Of a stretch of 64,000 bases of DNA, positions 39,298 through 51,738 are shown one piece after another. The notes beneath the pieces are model-generated. The model ran no database searches and was not told the DNA's origin. It saw only the letters and a list, made by a program, of their open reading frames with translations. The DNA is from an uncultured Corynebacterium sp. (GTDB lineage Bacteria; Actinomycetota; Actinomycetes; Mycobacteriales; Mycobacteriaceae). The DNA lies in the NCBI GenBank assembly GCA_963520895.1, contig CAUQSW010000002.1, positions 13,823-77,822 on the forward strand. Direction: 5' to 3'. Made by a program: the position numbers and the translations under genes. Numbering within the stretch: the first letter of the stretch is position 1; every line of letters begins with the position of its first letter.

Positions 39298-41961
39298 ATG
39301 ACTCGATATGATGATTTTTGTTATTCAACTAAAAGTAGAAAAATTAATATATATTCGGAAAATTTAAAGCCAGTAAAAGAATGGAAAAAAGGTACGCGAG
39401 TAGTTGGTGCTTTAGCATTTTCCGATAGGCAAGACGATAGGCTCTACCAAGTATGTGGTGGACCGCACGGCTCGCGATCGGAGGAAGCTTCTGATTGTGA
39501 GCGGTTCAAGTGGGATTGTGACGAGCTTCATGCGTTAGAATTTTGCGATGGTCCCGGTCTGACGAAAGAAAAATATATAGATGCTGTGGAGCAAGCGCTT
39601 AAGGTCATGCCCAAACAACTTCGAAAAGTTGTATTGGCACGATCGAAATCTGCTGAGGCAAATTATTTACCACTACAGCCTAGTATTTTGTCGAAATTGA
39701 AGCTGGCCAATCCCGAGGCCTGCGTATTTTCAGTGCCAGTGGATGAAGAAAGCTGTTTTCTAGGAGCGAGTCCGGAACAATTGGTGGCAAAAACTGGTTC
39801 TATGATTTCGTGTCACCCCCTGGCAGGATCGGCTGCTAGGGATCTTGTTGATCCGGAAGCCGATAAGCAAATTGCACAAGATTTACTTCTTTCACATAAA
39901 GACCGTATCGAGCACTCCTACGTTGTCAGTATGATTGAAGAAAAGTTGAGACCATTGTGCCACAAGCTAAAGATAGGTTCTGCAGAGATAGTTTCTACTG
40001 ATTTAATGTGGCATATTGGAACTAAAATTGAAGCTGAGCTAAAAGAACCAGATGCTTTTAGCGCGCTGGATCTTGCACGATTATTGCATCCGACTCCTGC
40101 TGTTGCTGGTACACCAACTGGAGCAGCGCAAAAACTGATTCAGCAGTTGGAACCGGTTTCTAGGGGACTGTATGCAGGAACTGTTGGATATTGCGATGAG
40201 AATGGTGATGGAGAGTGGTATGTTGCTATACGATGTGCTACTCTAAGCGGGGCCGTAGTTACGGCGTGGGCAGGCGCGGGAATCGTACCAGGCTCAGACC
40301 CCTACCGAGAATATTGTGAAACTGAATCTAAGTTAAAAACCTTTTTATCGGCAGTCTCCGATGATAAATCTGCCCTCTTTCCTTCAGATGTGACTGGACA
40401 TTACAGGCAATTAGGTTTATGGGTTGGGCAAAAACTTGATCAGATGCACACGGTACACAGCAGTCCAGAAGCAATTGCATTGATAGATGCATCTGAAAAA
40501 TTGACTTACTATGAGCTGGAACAGGAAGTCTCCGGTGTAGCTGCAGCCATGGCGCAAGCTGGGGTCAAGTCAAGGGAACACGTGTTGGTTCATCTGCCCA
40601 ATACTGTTTCCGTGATTATTGGGTCGCTCGCTCTCCTTCGGCTTGGCGCGATTCCGATTTATCTTCTCTCTTCGCATGGCTTAGCTGATGTTAAGTCGGT
40701 GGCTAAGGATGCCAAAGCTAGCGTGTATATGTCAGTACAACCGTGGCTAGAGGAAACTACTAGCCAAAGTTATGGTTTTAGAAAATGCTTAGATATAGCG
40801 CAGTTACGTCATCAGGCTAAGGGAGTGACTAACATGGCTAAAGGAGTACGCTCAAATAACGTAAAGCCACAAGATTTGGCGTTTCTTCAGCTTTCGGGTG
40901 GTACGACAGGGAAACCAAAGCTCATCCCTCGTACGCATGATGATTATGCATATTCCATTCGAAGGTCTGTAGAAGTATGTGGCTATAATGATCAAACATG
41001 CTTACTTATTGTGTTACCTGCTACCCATAATTTTCCTACAAGTTCTCCTGGTTATATGGGAGCACTGTATGCTGGTGGAACTGTAGTGCTCAGTGAAAAG
41101 GCTGATTCAGAGACGGCCTTTTCTCTTATCGAGGAACATCAGATAACTCATGTTCCTTTGGTGCCAGCGTTAGCAAAAAGTTGGGCTGAAGCGGCTAAAA
41201 CGACAAAACATGATCTAACAAGTATTCAGACAATTCAAGTTGGCGGAGCAAAGTTAGTCCCCGAAGCTGCTAGGAAGTTATACGAAGCAGGAAGCTGGCA
41301 GGTTCAGCAGGTTTTTGGGATGGCAGAGGGCCTCGTTTGTTACACGCGGATGGATGATAACTTAGATCAAGTACTTAATACTCAGGGTGTGCCGATGAGT
41401 GAATACGACGAATGCAGGATTGTTGATCCAATTTCTGGCGAAGTTGTTTCTGTTGGTCGGAGTGGAATGCTCCAAGTGCGTGGCCCTTATACGATTCGTG
41501 GTTATTGGAATGCACCTACTGTAAATCGGCGATCCTTTACTGATGATGGATATTACATTACAGGTGATATCGCGTGTCAGCTTCCATCTGGACATTTGGT
41601 AGTGAAAGGAAGAGAAAAAGATCATATCAACAGGGCTGGCGAAAAAGTCAGCGCAGAAGAAGTTGAAGACCTGATACTGTCTCATCCGGCAATCTATGAC
41701 GTGGTTGTAGTTGGTATTCCTGATCGGTATTTGGGGGAACGTGTATGTGCGGTGGTAGTTCTTAATAAAGATGCAACATCAATCAAAGATACTACTTTTC
41801 GACGACCCGACCTGTATAGATATCTCAAGTCCAATGGGGTGGCACGGTTTAAAATACCGGACGTGGTTAGGGTAGTGGATAGATTCCCGGTCACAAAGGT
41901 TGGAAAGATCAACCGAATAGAAGTTAGGAAGCTTCTTGCCGATATAGCGCATACAGAATGA
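39298..41961 (+). CDS. Fused isochorismate synthase / 2,3-dihydroxybenzoate-AMP ligase (EntC-EntE)
   Basis: N-half: KVVLAR, GASPE, PLAGS, LHPTPAV, AGAGIV.GS. C-half: QLSGGTTGKPKLIPRTH, HNFPTSSPG, QVFGMAEGL, KVGKIN. Confidence 0.9.
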   Translation: MTRYDDFCYSTKSRKINIYSENLKPVKEWKKGTRVVGALAFSDRQDDRLYQVCGGPHGSRSEEASDCERFKWDCDELHALEFCDGPGLTKEKYIDAVEQALKVMPKQLRKVVLARSKSAEANYLPLQPSILSKLKLANPEACVFSVPVDEESCFLGASPEQLVAKTGSMISCHPLAGSAARDLVDPEADKQIAQDLLLSHKDRIEHSYVVSMIEEKLRPLCHKLKIGSAEIVSTDLMWHIGTKIEAELKEPDAFSALDLARLLHPTPAVAGTPTGAAQKLIQQLEPVSRGLYAGTVGYCDENGDGEWYVAIRCATLSGAVVTAWAGAGIVPGSDPYREYCETESKLKTFLSAVSDDKSALFPSDVTGHYRQLGLWVGQKLDQMHTVHSSPEAIALIDASEKLTYYELEQEVSGVAAAMAQAGVKSREHVLVHLPNTVSVIIGSLALLRLGAIPIYLLSSHGLADVKSVAKDAKASVYMSVQPWLEETTSQSYGFRKCLDIAQLRHQAKGVTNMAKGVRSNNVKPQDLAFLQLSGGTTGKPKLIPRTHDDYAYSIRRSVEVCGYNDQTCLLIVLPATHNFPTSSPGYMGALYAGGTVVLSEKADSETAFSLIEEHQITHVPLVPALAKSWAEAAKTTKHDLTSIQTIQVGGAKLVPEAARKLYEAGSWQVQQVFGMAEGLVCYTRMDDNLDQVLNTQGVPMSEYDECRIVDPISGEVVSVGRSGMLQVRGPYTIRGYWNAPTVNRRSFTDDGYYITGDIACQLPSGHLVVKGREKDHINRAGEKVSAEEVEDLILSHPAIYDVVVVGIPDRYLGERVCAVVVLNKDATSIKDTTFRRPDLYRYLKSNGVARFKIPDVVRVVDRFPVTKVGKINRIEVRKLLADIAHTE

Positions 41962-42015
41962 CTGCACTTTTGTTGTAATAGGCGCTCAGATAGGTGCCCA
42001 AATCTAATTAAGGAG

Positions 42016-42279
42016 ATGAATGAAATGTCCGTGTCCAATAGTTTCAACTTGAGGGAAGAACTTGAAGACCTTCTGGTAGAGGATCTAAGCGATTTAAATG
42101 AGCAAGAGGATGAATTAGAAGCTTGGGGTTTAGATTCAGTGCGACTTATGGAATTGGTGTCACGCGCTCGACAAGCTGGTTTCGAGGTAACTGTTGCGGA
42201 TTTGATGGACAATCTTACTTTCAGTGGAATCGAGAGGGTACTTGGCACAGTTTCGGGACAGGAGGCTGAGAGGCAATGA
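42016..42279 (+). CDS. Stand-alone aryl carrier protein
   Basis: GLDSVRLM phosphopantetheine motif as in the EntB/DhbB ArCP; AAGGAG RBS. Confidence 0.88.
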   Translation: MNEMSVSNSFNLREELEDLLVEDLSDLNEQEDELEAWGLDSVRLMELVSRARQAGFEVTVADLMDNLTFSGIERVLGTVSGQEAERQ

Positions 42280-42482
42280 CGAATACCTTCTCGGCACCTA
42301 ATCCGTTTGACGATGAGCAAGCTCATTTTTTAATTCTGAAAAATTCTCTTGGTCAGTTTAGCCTTTGGCCGGAATTCGTAGAAATTCCGCAGGGGTGGGA
42401 TAGCATTCTTGGACCTGCGACACGAGAGGTTTGTCGCCAGTTTTTAGATCAGAATTGGCCGGACATTACCGCTATCGGTTAG
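42276..42482 (+). CDS. MbtH-like protein
   Basis: NPFDD..F.IL.N..GQFSLWP..IP.GW..NWPDI. Confidence 0.95.
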   Translation: MTNTFSAPNPFDDEQAHFLILKNSLGQFSLWPEFVEIPQGWDSILGPATREVCRQFLDQNWPDITAIG

Positions 42483-42484
42483 GC

Positions 42485-45400
42485 ATGGATATGGAGAGTG
42501 AGATGGACAAGTCAATAATACCTCTAGGCGGTGCTCAGCCTGGCATTTGGTGGGCATCACGCCTAGAAGGCGAAACCTGTTCTCGATTTAATGTTGCACG
42601 AGCAACGATTATCGAAGGAGAACTCAACCGACAACTATTTGATCAAGCAGTTGCTACAACAATTAGAGAAACAGATACTGTCCGAGCGCGATTTATTGAT
42701 TTGGGTGATGGAATAGGTGGACAGATCCTGGGCTACCATCCGACTAAAGGCGTTGATTTCATTAAAGCAGACAGCATGGAAGAAGCAGTGCAGATCGCAA
42801 AAAGTGATCGCAGTAACCCAGTGGATCTCACCGGTGAAGAGCCACTTTGGCGAATGATTCTTGTGCAAACGCCCGAGAACTGGGTGTGGATTCAGCGGTA
42901 TCACCACTTGCTTGTTGACGGTTGGAGCATTCAAGCGATTGCTTCAAGGGTCGCACAACATTACAACATGCTGCTAAAAGGTGTAGACGCAGCTTCAAAT
43001 CCACTTAATATGAGTTTCAGTGCCATTGTAGAACGAGATCAGGAATACGAAGTTAGTCAAACATGTGTACAAGATCGTCAGTATTGGGTTTCTTTCTTAG
43101 AAAACCTTGATGTAGAAGTCCAATCTGAGTCATTGCTGGTAGCGACAGAACATGTTCACCGTGAAAAAATTCGTTTGTCGAACTGGGATGTGGATACCTT
43201 AGATAAACTTGCGAAACAGTCTGGGGTTACTTGGGTCGATAGTATCGTTGGATTACTGGGAAGTTGGGTGTGTATTAATTCTAATACTATTTCGTGTGTG
43301 TTGGGTTTACCGTGGATGGCACGCCGGACATCAGTTGAGGCACGAGTGACAGGACCGCTCGTTACAGTTTTACCAATTCATTTTTCAGTGAATCCAAGCG
43401 ATACGCCTTGTGATGTAGCGCGCAATGCATCCATTTGTGGAAAACAAGCGCGTAGGCACGGTGTTTTTCCGCAAGAACAACTTCATCGACTTGCTAGCGA
43501 AAAAGGATATGCGCTGTACCAGAATGTTATTAATGTCAAGGCATATGACGAGGAAATACGCTTTGGCAATAATGTGATAGGTCGATCATTTGACATTGCA
43601 AGCGGGCCAGTGGAAGGCATGGAGTATAGTGTCTATCGATCTGGAAAGGAGGCATTATTTATAGAACTACAAGCTAACCCCAAACTAATGGATGGGGAAA
43701 CTCTTTTACGCACCGCAAATCGATTGCAGCAATGGCTGAAAAGTGTATTGGCTGATGTTTCACTGCCGCTTAGTTGGCATCAACGCCTTGCGCAAAACGA
43801 GGAAGAAGAAATTGCGAGTTGCGAGAACAATAACCAGTTTTCTCAACTGTATTCAGCCACCGATCCATTTGAAGCGCTTCCAGAAGATGTTCTTGTTAAC
43901 GGAGTAGATCGGTTAGCAAACATTATTCCTCGACAACTTGCACTAGTTGATGATAATGAACAGCTTACATTTTTAGAATTCGCAGGTGAGATAAATAGAT
44001 GCGCTAGATATTTGCTGCAGGAAGGAATTTTGCCTGGTGATATTGTTGCTGTGCAACTGCCGCGCCAAGTTTCTTGGCCGATAGCAGCATTGGCTGTGAT
44101 CAAGATTGGAGCCATCTTGCAGCCAATAGATTTAGACGCTGCACCAGAACGTATTGCGTATGTAATAGATGATTGCAAGCCAAAGTTAGTGATCCGAGAT
44201 GATTCTTTCCGAGTTAAAGCGCAAGTATTCGTTGAAGAAGTAGTTACTGCAACCGCTGAGCTTTCGCTTGATGGAGCTGCCTACTTGATACATACTTCGG
44301 GATCAACCGGTACACCTAAAGCAGTTGCCTGTTCTCGACGTGGGGTGCTTAACCTTCTTCGATCAAATTGGGCCGGGCCACTTGGTCAGGTGGCGAAAGA
44401 GGCTAAAGAACGTGGCGAACAGGTGAGAGCGCTTCATTTAAGTTCTTTCGCTTTTGATAGTTCTTGGGATATTTTATCGTGGTTATGGTTTGGCGGAACA
44501 GTGTACCTTGGATCAGACACATTACGACGCGATCCAGAGGAGATTATTGACTATATTCATAAGCATGCAATCACCATTACAGATGTGACTCCCACGCTAG
44601 CTGAGCAGCTTGTTGATAATGGGTTATACGCATGTGGCACTAGCTTAAAAGCATTGACTTTTGGTGGAGAGTCAGCTAGTACGCTACTTTGGAATGCCTT
44701 ACGGGGCACTCCTGAACTTCGTGCTTTCAATTACTACGGCCCAACAGAGTGCACTGTAGATGCTACTGTTATGGAGGTTTCTCGCTGGAGTAGTCCAGTT
44801 ATTGGCAAGCCCATAGCTGGTGTTAGTGTGCGAGTACTTGACCGTAATCTGAAGCGCTGCCCATTGGGAGTAGATGGTGAGTTATATATTTCTGGGCCGT
44901 CTGTAGCATTGGGGTATCTGGGGCAACCTGCGTTGACCGCGGAGCGCTTTGTTGCTGATCCTTTTGGTCCACCGGGGGCTCGAATGTATCGGACTGGCGA
45001 TGTTGTTCGCTGGCTGCCAAGTGGCACTGGTGCAGTATTGGATTTTCGGGGAAGAAATGACGATCAAGTTCAAATTCGTGGTTTCCGTGTCGAATTAAAT
45101 GAAGCAAAAAACCTGCTCGAAAAAGTAGCAGGAGTGAGTTGCGCAGTGAGGGCGATATCTCACGGATCAACTAGCTTACTTGTTGGGTATGTCACAGGAT
45201 TACCCAGTGTAGTCAGAATTAGCGAAATTAAAGAAGAGCTAGCTTGTGAATCAAGTTACCTATCCCCGCAGCATATTATTGCTGTGGACACCCTTCCGAT
45301 GACTGTCAACGGGAAACTGGATACTTCGAAGTTGCCAGAACCAGCTTTATTTGTTCCTGGGCAGAAGCCGAAAACTGAACTAGAAATACTCTTGAGTGCA

Positions 45401-48400
45401 ACATTTGCAAAAGTGTTAGGAATGTCAGATTTTGCTGTCGATGCCAACTTTTTCCGCAACGGTGGAGACTCTATATCAGCTATGAAAGTATGTGCCGAGC
45501 TTCGTCGGTCAGGGTACTCGCTGCGCCCGTTTGAGATTTTCGAGTATCCACAGCCCAATGAACTCGCACATTACCTTAAACCTACGGTAAAGCGCGTAGA
45601 GACTACGAATAAAAACGATACTGGTGTAATTCCGCTGCTGCCTATCCATCGTAGCTTTCTCAAACAATGTGAGCTTCTTGGAAGAACGCCTAGGTTTTCC
45701 CATACCTGTGTTTTTGACGTTCGAACAACGGACATCAACAAGGTTAGATTGGCTCTTATGTCATTAATTACTGTACATCCTGCGTTGCGTGCTGACTGGA
45801 AAAAAGGCCAGTTATATATCAGGGACATTGAATTTTTTGAATGTCAAGTTGAGTCTGGCGATTCTATTGATTACGCAATTAACGCAGCACAGTACCTCAT
45901 TGATCCTGATATTGGAAAAATGCTTGCTGCAGTCTTTGTTGAGTCAGAACAAGCATTAGTGTTGTGTATTCATCATCTTGTGATAGATGCCGTAAGCTGG
46001 TCCATCATTGAGTCGCAGCTTTATATGGCTTTGAGCGGACAGGCTTTGTTGCCAGAGGAGACATCATTAAAAAGCTGGGCAGAATATGTTGGAGAAGAGG
46101 ATGGGGAGCCGCAGCTGTATGACTGTACTTATGCTAGGGCCTCACGGCTATTGTTGGAGGTAGCGGTCGATACTACGGTTTCTGATGAGCAAATTCTAGC
46201 TGCGACTGCGGAAGCCATAGCGGGCCGTAAAACTTGTTTAGAAGTGGTAGTTGAAACTCATGGAAGAGGTAGAGGTGAACGGTTGGCAGCACACGATACC
46301 GTTGGGTGGCTAACTATTGAAAATCACTGTTGGTTGCAATCAACTTATAAAGGCGGGTGGTTTCGGGGTGCACGTGAGGTCATGCTAAAAGCTAAGGTTA
46401 ACGCATGTGCCCATTTTGGGGGTATACCTGATTTACTTTTTAATCACTTAGGAAACGTTGGCGAAGGCTTCCATGTGGACATAGATTCACAGATGTTTAT
46501 GTCTGCTCCTTTGGAGGTAAACTCCTTCATTGCGGTTAGCAGTGATGATGCTACGGTAGATAGTCTTTGGATTGAATGGACCTGGGATAGCAAAGTTTTT
46601 GATATTAATGACATATATAAAGCAAATGACTTTATTCAGAAGAAGCTTGCAAGTACTTTGCCGCCCCACACACCTCTGGTGCCTGCAGAATGTGGTGGAG
46701 TGGAAATCACCTTCGACCAAATTGATCGTTTGGAGGAAGACTTTTTCCCGGTACAAGCTATTTTACCGTTAGGGCCACTTCATGAGGGGTTACTTTATGA
46801 AACCGAAACATCAGGCGGGTATGCCTCGATCACAACAATTGAACTTGATTACCAGGTTGGAGTAACGAAACTTAGCGTCGCATTGAAACAGTTGGTTCAA
46901 AGGCACCCGCAATTAGCAGCTCGGTTTGTTATGGGGATCACAGAAAACCCTATTCAGGTGATTCCGAGAGACATTGGGCAGCCAAAAGTTACCCTCGTGG
47001 TAGAGAGTGAAGAAGAAACTAACCTGTTGGAGCAACTCGAAAACCAAGAGGTTGCTTTTAACTTTGACGTTGGGCATGATCTTTCATTTCATGCACATTT
47101 GGTGCAGAGATTAAATGCTAGTTCTACCATTTTATTAACCATGCACCACCTCATTATTGATGGGTGGTCAACTGCACTTCTTGTTACTGATTTACTAGAT
47201 CTGCTGTCTGAAAGCGAAGTCGGACCAGAAGACAGTAGCGGAGTTATAGAGCGATATCGCCAAGGGATTCTGAAAAGTAATGCAAAGCCGGAAGCGCAGG
47301 CAGTATGGTGTGATGAACTTGAAGGCTATGAACCTATGGTCAAGTCTAGCCGCAGGTTATCTCCTACCGAGGTTTTAGTGGTATCGAAGGATCTTAAGGG
47401 TAATCCATATTTTAGGTTGATGGAAGATCTTCAAAACCTAGGCGTCACTCTTGCTACTGCTGTCAATCTTGCATTTAATGCCGTGTTAACCGAAATCTTG
47501 GGCAGGGTGGACGTTGTGCACGGATCCACCGATTCAGGCCGTGAGTTTGTAGGCGACAATCTCATCGGTCTTTTTACCAATACTTATCCGGTTCGGCCAC
47601 GGTTGCAACCAAGCTTGACTCTTGCTGAGCAAGCGAATGGTTTTCAAATGAACCAGTCGAAACTGCGAAGTTCAGCAACTCGAGTTCCGCTTGGCAAAAT
47701 TGAGGCTGTTGGAGAGATTCCTGCATTATTGGTTATAGAAAACCAGCCTAGCGACTTTCCAGTTTCAGTGAGGAATAAAGGCTTTACCCATTATGGTCTT
47801 ACTGTCTTAGTGTTGCCCAGTCGAGATAAAGTTCGATTGATCGCTGAATATAATCCAGATTTTCTGGATGGTCATCAGTTTTTGGAACGAATGCAGTACT
47901 ATCTGCGAGGATTTTTCAAGGTTAAGCTAGCTCACTCTGTTCTGCCGACGGTCTCAGTAGATCGAGGTGAGGACATTGACCTTAGATCTGCTCCAATGCT
48001 GCCAGAGCTGGTGGCTAGACAGTGCCAAATGACGCCTGATGCTGTTGCGTTATCGTTTGGTGAACAAAAAATGACTTACGGCGAGTTTGACAACCGTGTG
48101 AACGAAGCTGTTCTGGCTCTCGGAATGGAGCCAGGCCAAGTAGTGGCAATAAACTTGCCTAGGAGCATGGAGTTCTTGATAGCTCTACATGCTATCTGGC
48201 GGGCTGGTGGTGTTTATCAGCCTCTAGATCCGACGTTACCTCACAGCCGAGTCGAATTATTGCTAGAAGATTCTCAAGCGCAGATAGTGATTTTATCACC
48301 AAAGCAATTGCGGCTTAATTCAACGCATAGTGATACTAAAGTTGCCGGCAAGGTTGTGTTGCCAACTGACGCGGCTTACATTCTTCACACTTCCGGTTCT

Positions 48401-50473
48401 ACTGGGCGTCCTAAAGGAGTGGTAGTATCACATGAAGCGTTACTCAATCGAATTTTGTGGATGCAGAGTGAATACTCCCTGAGCAGCGATGATGTAATAC
48501 TGCATAAGACGCCTATGAGCTTCGATGTTTCGCTATGGGAGTTAACCTTGGGATTCGTAGTAGGGGCAAGGACCGAAATCCTACCTCCAGAAGTGCATAA
48601 AGACCCAGCAGAGATCATTGCTGTGGTGGAACAGGCACAAGTGACAACATTGCATTTTGTGCCGTCGATGATGCAGGAATTTTTAGCTTTTGAGCACCAG
48701 AATCCTACGTTAGCTCTAAATAGTCTACGATACGTTTTCTGCAGCGGGGAGGCGTTACCATCAATTTTAGCCCAAGAGATGGCATCGCAGGCTACTACGG
48801 AGGTACATAACCTGTATGGGCCAACCGAGGCAGCGATTGATGTATCATACTACGCATATCATCAGGAGAATAAGGATAGCTTTGTTCCAATAGGAAAGCC
48901 TGTTTTTAATACCACATTGTATGTATTGGACTCATGGTTGCGTCCTTGTCCGCCAGGTGTAGTCGGTGAACTTTATATTGGTGGGGTACAGTTAGCGCTA
49001 GGTTACCTGGGAAGACCTGACTTGACAGCTGAACGATTCATCGCAAACCCATATGATGGCGATGGCTCTCGAATGTATCGTACGGGTGATCTGGTCTATT
49101 CTAATTCCGATGGTGATCTGGTTTACGTCAGTAGAGTAGATGATCAGGTGAAAATCCGTGGTCAACGGATAGAGCCTGGTGAAATAGCTGCACTTTTAAA
49201 TGCACACCCGAACGTATTGCATAGCTATGTTGGTGTCATTGACAAAGCCCACCTAGCAGCATGGATACAATTCGCTAAGTCAGTTACCGATTCGACTGAG
49301 GCAATAGAAACGGTGGCAGTGTGGCTTCATGACAAACTTCCAAAATATATGATTCCAAGTTTATGGGCGATGGTAGAAAGTTTCCCTAAAAGTCTGACCG
49401 GAAAACTAGATAGACATGCGTTGCCCGTCCCTTCGCATATTCGTAAGTCGGCTGAAACCCAAAAGGTGCCATCTGGTGAGATTGAATGTGGAGTTGCCAG
49501 CATCATGCTTGATCTCTTGGGCTATGACAAGTCGAAAACTATTGATGCTGATGCCGATTTCTTTGAGATTGGGGGGCATTCGTTATTGGCCATTCGCCTA
49601 GTTTCACAGTTACGGAACCGGTTTAACGTGGAGTTGCCTGTTGGTTTGGTTATGGAGAATGCAACGGTCACCAATATTGCCGAAGTTATCGATCAGATGC
49701 TACATTCTTCTCAAGATTTGATTATCAATAACGGAACTGGCGAGTTATTGTGGCTTGTGGAGCCAAGAGAACAATCTCTGGGGCCGCTAATTTGTATCCA
49801 CCCCGCCAGTGGTTTCTCGTGGCAATATGCGCCAATCGCGCGGCGAATCTCTGAGGGCTTTTCAGGTGGCGTGCTCGCACTTCAATCACCAGATGGACAA
49901 GGTGCTTTAGCGACCTGCGCAGATCTGCGACAGGTAGTCAATCATTATGCTCGATTATTACAAGAAGCGGACATTAATGGTCCATTCCGACTGATGGGAT
50001 ATTCATTAGGAGGAATAATTGCTATCGAGCTTGCTGCGCTGCTGGAAGAAAGGGGAGAAAAGGTGGAATTTTGTGGGCTCCTTGATACTTATCCTCCGGA
50101 ACTACAAAACTGGGAAACCGACTTAACTCCAGAGGAAGTAGAGCTAGAGCGGCAGGAGTTGAGTAGATATCTGCAGGATTACGAAATTTCCGAGAGAATC
50201 ATATCCAATTATGACGAAGCATTCCGGTTGATGTCCCAGGCTGCAAGTTCACCGTATCAAGGTGAGGTTGATCTCTTTGTCGCGGAACTTACTGTTCCTG
50301 CTGAGTTCAATGTTGAAAATGCGTGGCCCAGTGTTGGTGTTTCAAATGTCAGAATTCACCAGATGTCTTGTTCACATGTAGATGTGCTAGATCCAGCTCA
50401 AAAACACTTTGTAGAGCCAGTAGTCGCAAATGCATTTCTATCGTCGTTGTCAAAGTCGGTGGAATCTATATGA
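42485..50473 (+). CDS. Two-module siderophore NRPS (C-A-T-E-C-A-T-TE)
   Basis: HHLLVDG (C1), TSGSTG.PK, GGDS (T1), [19 protein letters not shown] (E), HHLIIDGWS (C2), Ser-type A2, GGHSL (T2), GYSLGG (TE). Confidence 0.93.
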   Translation: MDMESEMDKSIIPLGGAQPGIWWASRLEGETCSRFNVARATIIEGELNRQLFDQAVATTIRETDTVRARFIDLGDGIGGQILGYHPTKGVDFIKADSMEEAVQIAKSDRSNPVDLTGEEPLWRMILVQTPENWVWIQRYHHLLVDGWSIQAIASRVAQHYNMLLKGVDAASNPLNMSFSAIVERDQEYEVSQTCVQDRQYWVSFLENLDVEVQSESLLVATEHVHREKIRLSNWDVDTLDKLAKQSGVTWVDSIVGLLGSWVCINSNTISCVLGLPWMARRTSVEARVTGPLVTVLPIHFSVNPSDTPCDVARNASICGKQARRHGVFPQEQLHRLASEKGYALYQNVINVKAYDEEIRFGNNVIGRSFDIASGPVEGMEYSVYRSGKEALFIELQANPKLMDGETLLRTANRLQQWLKSVLADVSLPLSWHQRLAQNEEEEIASCENNNQFSQLYSATDPFEALPEDVLVNGVDRLANIIPRQLALVDDNEQLTFLEFAGEINRCARYLLQEGILPGDIVAVQLPRQVSWPIAALAVIKIGAILQPIDLDAAPERIAYVIDDCKPKLVIRDDSFRVKAQVFVEEVVTATAELSLDGAAYLIHTSGSTGTPKAVACSRRGVLNLLRSNWAGPLGQVAKEAKERGEQVRALHLSSFAFDSSWDILSWLWFGGTVYLGSDTLRRDPEEIIDYIHKHAITITDVTPTLAEQLVDNGLYACGTSLKALTFGGESASTLLWNALRGTPELRAFNYYGPTECTVDATVMEVSRWSSPVIGKPIAGVSVRVLDRNLKRCPLGVDGELYISGPSVALGYLGQPALTAERFVADPFGPPGARMYRTGDVVRWLPSGTGAVLDFRGRNDDQVQIRGFRVELNEAKNLLEKVAGVSCAVRAISHGSTSLLVGYVTGLPSVVRISEIKEELACESSYLSPQHIIAVDTLPMTVNGKLDTSKLPEPALFVPGQKPKTELEILLSATFAKVLGMSDFAVDANFFRNGGDSISAMKVCAELRRSGYSLRPFEIFEYPQPNELAHYLKPTVKRVETTNKNDTGVIPLLPIHRSFLKQCELLGRTPRFSHTCVFDVRTTDINKVRLALMSLITVHPALRADWKKGQLYIRDIEFFECQVESGDSIDYAINAAQYLIDPDIGKMLAAVFVESEQALVLCIHHLVIDAVSWSIIESQLYMALSGQALLPEETSLKSWAEYVGEEDGEPQLYDCTYARASRLLLEVAVDTTVSDEQILAATAEAIAGRKTCLEVVVETHGRGRGERLAAHDTVGWLTIENHCWLQSTYKGGWFRGAREVMLKAKVNACAHFGGIPDLLFNHLGNVGEGFHVDIDSQMFMSAPLEVNSFIAVSSDDATVDSLWIEWTWDSKVFDINDIYKANDFIQKKLASTLPPHTPLVPAECGGVEITFDQIDRLEEDFFPVQAILPLGPLHEGLLYETETSGGYASITTIELDYQVGVTKLSVALKQLVQRHPQLAARFVMGITENPIQVIPRDIGQPKVTLVVESEEETNLLEQLENQEVAFNFDVGHDLSFHAHLVQRLNASSTILLTMHHLIIDGWSTALLVTDLLDLLSESEVGPEDSSGVIERYRQGILKSNAKPEAQAVWCDELEGYEPMVKSSRRLSPTEVLVVSKDLKGNPYFRLMEDLQNLGVTLATAVNLAFNAVLTEILGRVDVVHGSTDSGREFVGDNLIGLFTNTYPVRPRLQPSLTLAEQANGFQMNQSKLRSSATRVPLGKIEAVGEIPALLVIENQPSDFPVSVRNKGFTHYGLTVLVLPSRDKVRLIAEYNPDFLDGHQFLERMQYYLRGFFKVKLAHSVLPTVSVDRGEDIDLRSAPMLPELVARQCQMTPDAVALSFGEQKMTYGEFDNRVNEAVLALGMEPGQVVAINLPRSMEFLIALHAIWRAGGVYQPLDPTLPHSRVELLLEDSQAQIVILSPKQLRLNSTHSDTKVAGKVVLPTDAAYILHTSGSTGRPKGVVVSHEALLNRILWMQSEYSLSSDDVILHKTPMSFDVSLWELTLGFVVGARTEILPPEVHKDPAEIIAVVEQAQVTTLHFVPSMMQEFLAFEHQNPTLALNSLRYVFCSGEALPSILAQEMASQATTEVHNLYGPTEAAIDVSYYAYHQENKDSFVPIGKPVFNTTLYVLDSWLRPCPPGVVGELYIGGVQLALGYLGRPDLTAERFIANPYDGDGSRMYRTGDLVYSNSDGDLVYVSRVDDQVKIRGQRIEPGEIAALLNAHPNVLHSYVGVIDKAHLAAWIQFAKSVTDSTEAIETVAVWLHDKLPKYMIPSLWAMVESFPKSLTGKLDRHALPVPSHIRKSAETQKVPSGEIECGVASIMLDLLGYDKSKTIDADADFFEIGGHSLLAIRLVSQLRNRFNVELPVGLVMENATVTNIAEVIDQMLHSSQDLIINNGTGELLWLVEPREQSLGPLICIHPASGFSWQYAPIARRISEGFSGGVLALQSPDGQGALATCADLRQVVNHYARLLQEADINGPFRLMGYSLGGIIAIELAALLEERGEKVEFCGLLDTYPPELQNWETDLTPEEVELERQELSRYLQDYEISERIISNYDEAFRLMSQAASSPYQGEVDLFVAELTVPAEFNVENAWPSVGVSNVRIHQMSCSHVDVLDPAQKHFVEPVVANAFLSSLSKSVESI

Positions 50474-51738
50474 ACTGGATAACGATAGATCTCAGTCCTT
50501 TACAAGTTACTAGCTATAGGCGAGTTTTAATGGCTCGAACCATTTCTATCTTTGGGTTAGGTATGGTGATGGTTGCCATTCCGGTTCAGATTCAACAATT
50601 AACTGGTTCGCCGGTGTTTGTTGGCGTGGTCGCTGGATTAGAAGGTCTCGCAGCATTTTCAGGAATGTTGTTAGGGGGCGGGGTTATTGATCGGTATGAC
50701 CGGCGGCTTGTTATTATATATTCGAGGATGGTGGGTTTACTATGCTTTGCTATTTTGAGCATTAATGCGCTGGTTGATGCGACAGGAACCACAATCAAAT
50801 TAGGAATAATTACAACTGTCGCCATTACTGACGGTTTTGCAGGCTCCTTCGCTGCGGCTGCCCTAGTGGCGATTACAGGAGTACTGCTTCCCAAAGAAAA
50901 AATGGCGTCAGCTGGGATGCTAAACATTGCGACGATTCGAATCGGGACAATATTTGCTCCGTTGGTGGCAGGGTTTATCATCGCACAGTCGTCTATAGTA
51001 TGGTGCTACGTTATTGGGTTACTGTTAACAGCGATCACAATTATGGTGCTGATCGGTCTGCCGTCGTTGAAACCTGCACAAGTGGAACGTGGTGAAGGTC
51101 GCTTAATTGAAGATCCATCAATCTGGTATGGGGTGCAGTTTATAGTAAATAATAAACTGCTGTTGTTAGTTATGTTGATTGCAGTAGGTTCCAGTCTAGT
51201 TGGTGGGGTGCGGGTGCTTTTTCCAGCTTTAGTGGACGAACAGTTTCACGGACAGGCACAGTTAGTAGGGCTGATGTTTTCAGCAGTACCAGCTGGGGCG
51301 CTGGTGGCGGCTATTTTTAGCGGATGGATGGGCAAGCTCAAACGAAGTCAAGAAGCCTTGATCGTGATGGCTGTATTTAGTTTCTTTTTCCTCGGCTTAT
51401 TCGGTTTAACTTGTTATTTTTCCTTCTCGTGGACTTGGTTGGGGCTAGGGTTTCTTGTGTGCTTTGGCTGCCTAAGTAGTTGGGCGGATGTATTACAGTT
51501 TGCAATCTTGCAGCAGGAAACGCCCGATTGTCTTCGTGGAAGAGTGAGTGGGGTATGGCTGGCTCAAGAAATCTCGGCCGAATCAGTCGGTTCATTTGGT
51601 GCAGGTTGGATAGGAAAAATATGGGGTGCATCGCTAGGGATAGTGATACTAGCGGTTTCGGCTTCGGGGTTATCAGTTCCCGCTATTAGCAAACTCTTTG
51701 GTGCTAGGTGCTTATATTTTCTACGGAGAAACCGGTGA
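50470..51738 (+). CDS. entS: EntS-like MFS siderophore exporter
   Basis: [40 protein letters not shown]. Confidence 0.88.
   Translation: MNWITIDLSPLQVTSYRRVLMARTISIFGLGMVMVAIPVQIQQLTGSPVFVGVVAGLEGLAAFSGMLLGGGVIDRYDRRLVIIYSRMVGLLCFAILSINALVDATGTTIKLGIITTVAITDGFAGSFAAAALVAITGVLLPKEKMASAGMLNIATIRIGTIFAPLVAGFIIAQSSIVWCYVIGLLLTAITIMVLIGLPSLKPAQVERGEGRLIEDPSIWYGVQFIVNNKLLLLVMLIAVGSSLVGGVRVLFPALVDEQFHGQAQLVGLMFSAVPAGALVAAIFSGWMGKLKRSQEALIVMAVFSFFFLGLFGLTCYFSFSWTWLGLGFLVCFGCLSSWADVLQFAILQQETPDCLRGRVSGVWLAQEISAESVGSFGAGWIGKIWGASLGIVILAVSASGLSVPAISKLFGARCLYFLRRNR

Noticed and set aside
41694..42326. 210-aa minus-strand ORF, and similar antisense ORFs over emb, the DASS transporter and the NRPS
   Set aside because: Shadow ORFs opposite well-supported genes.
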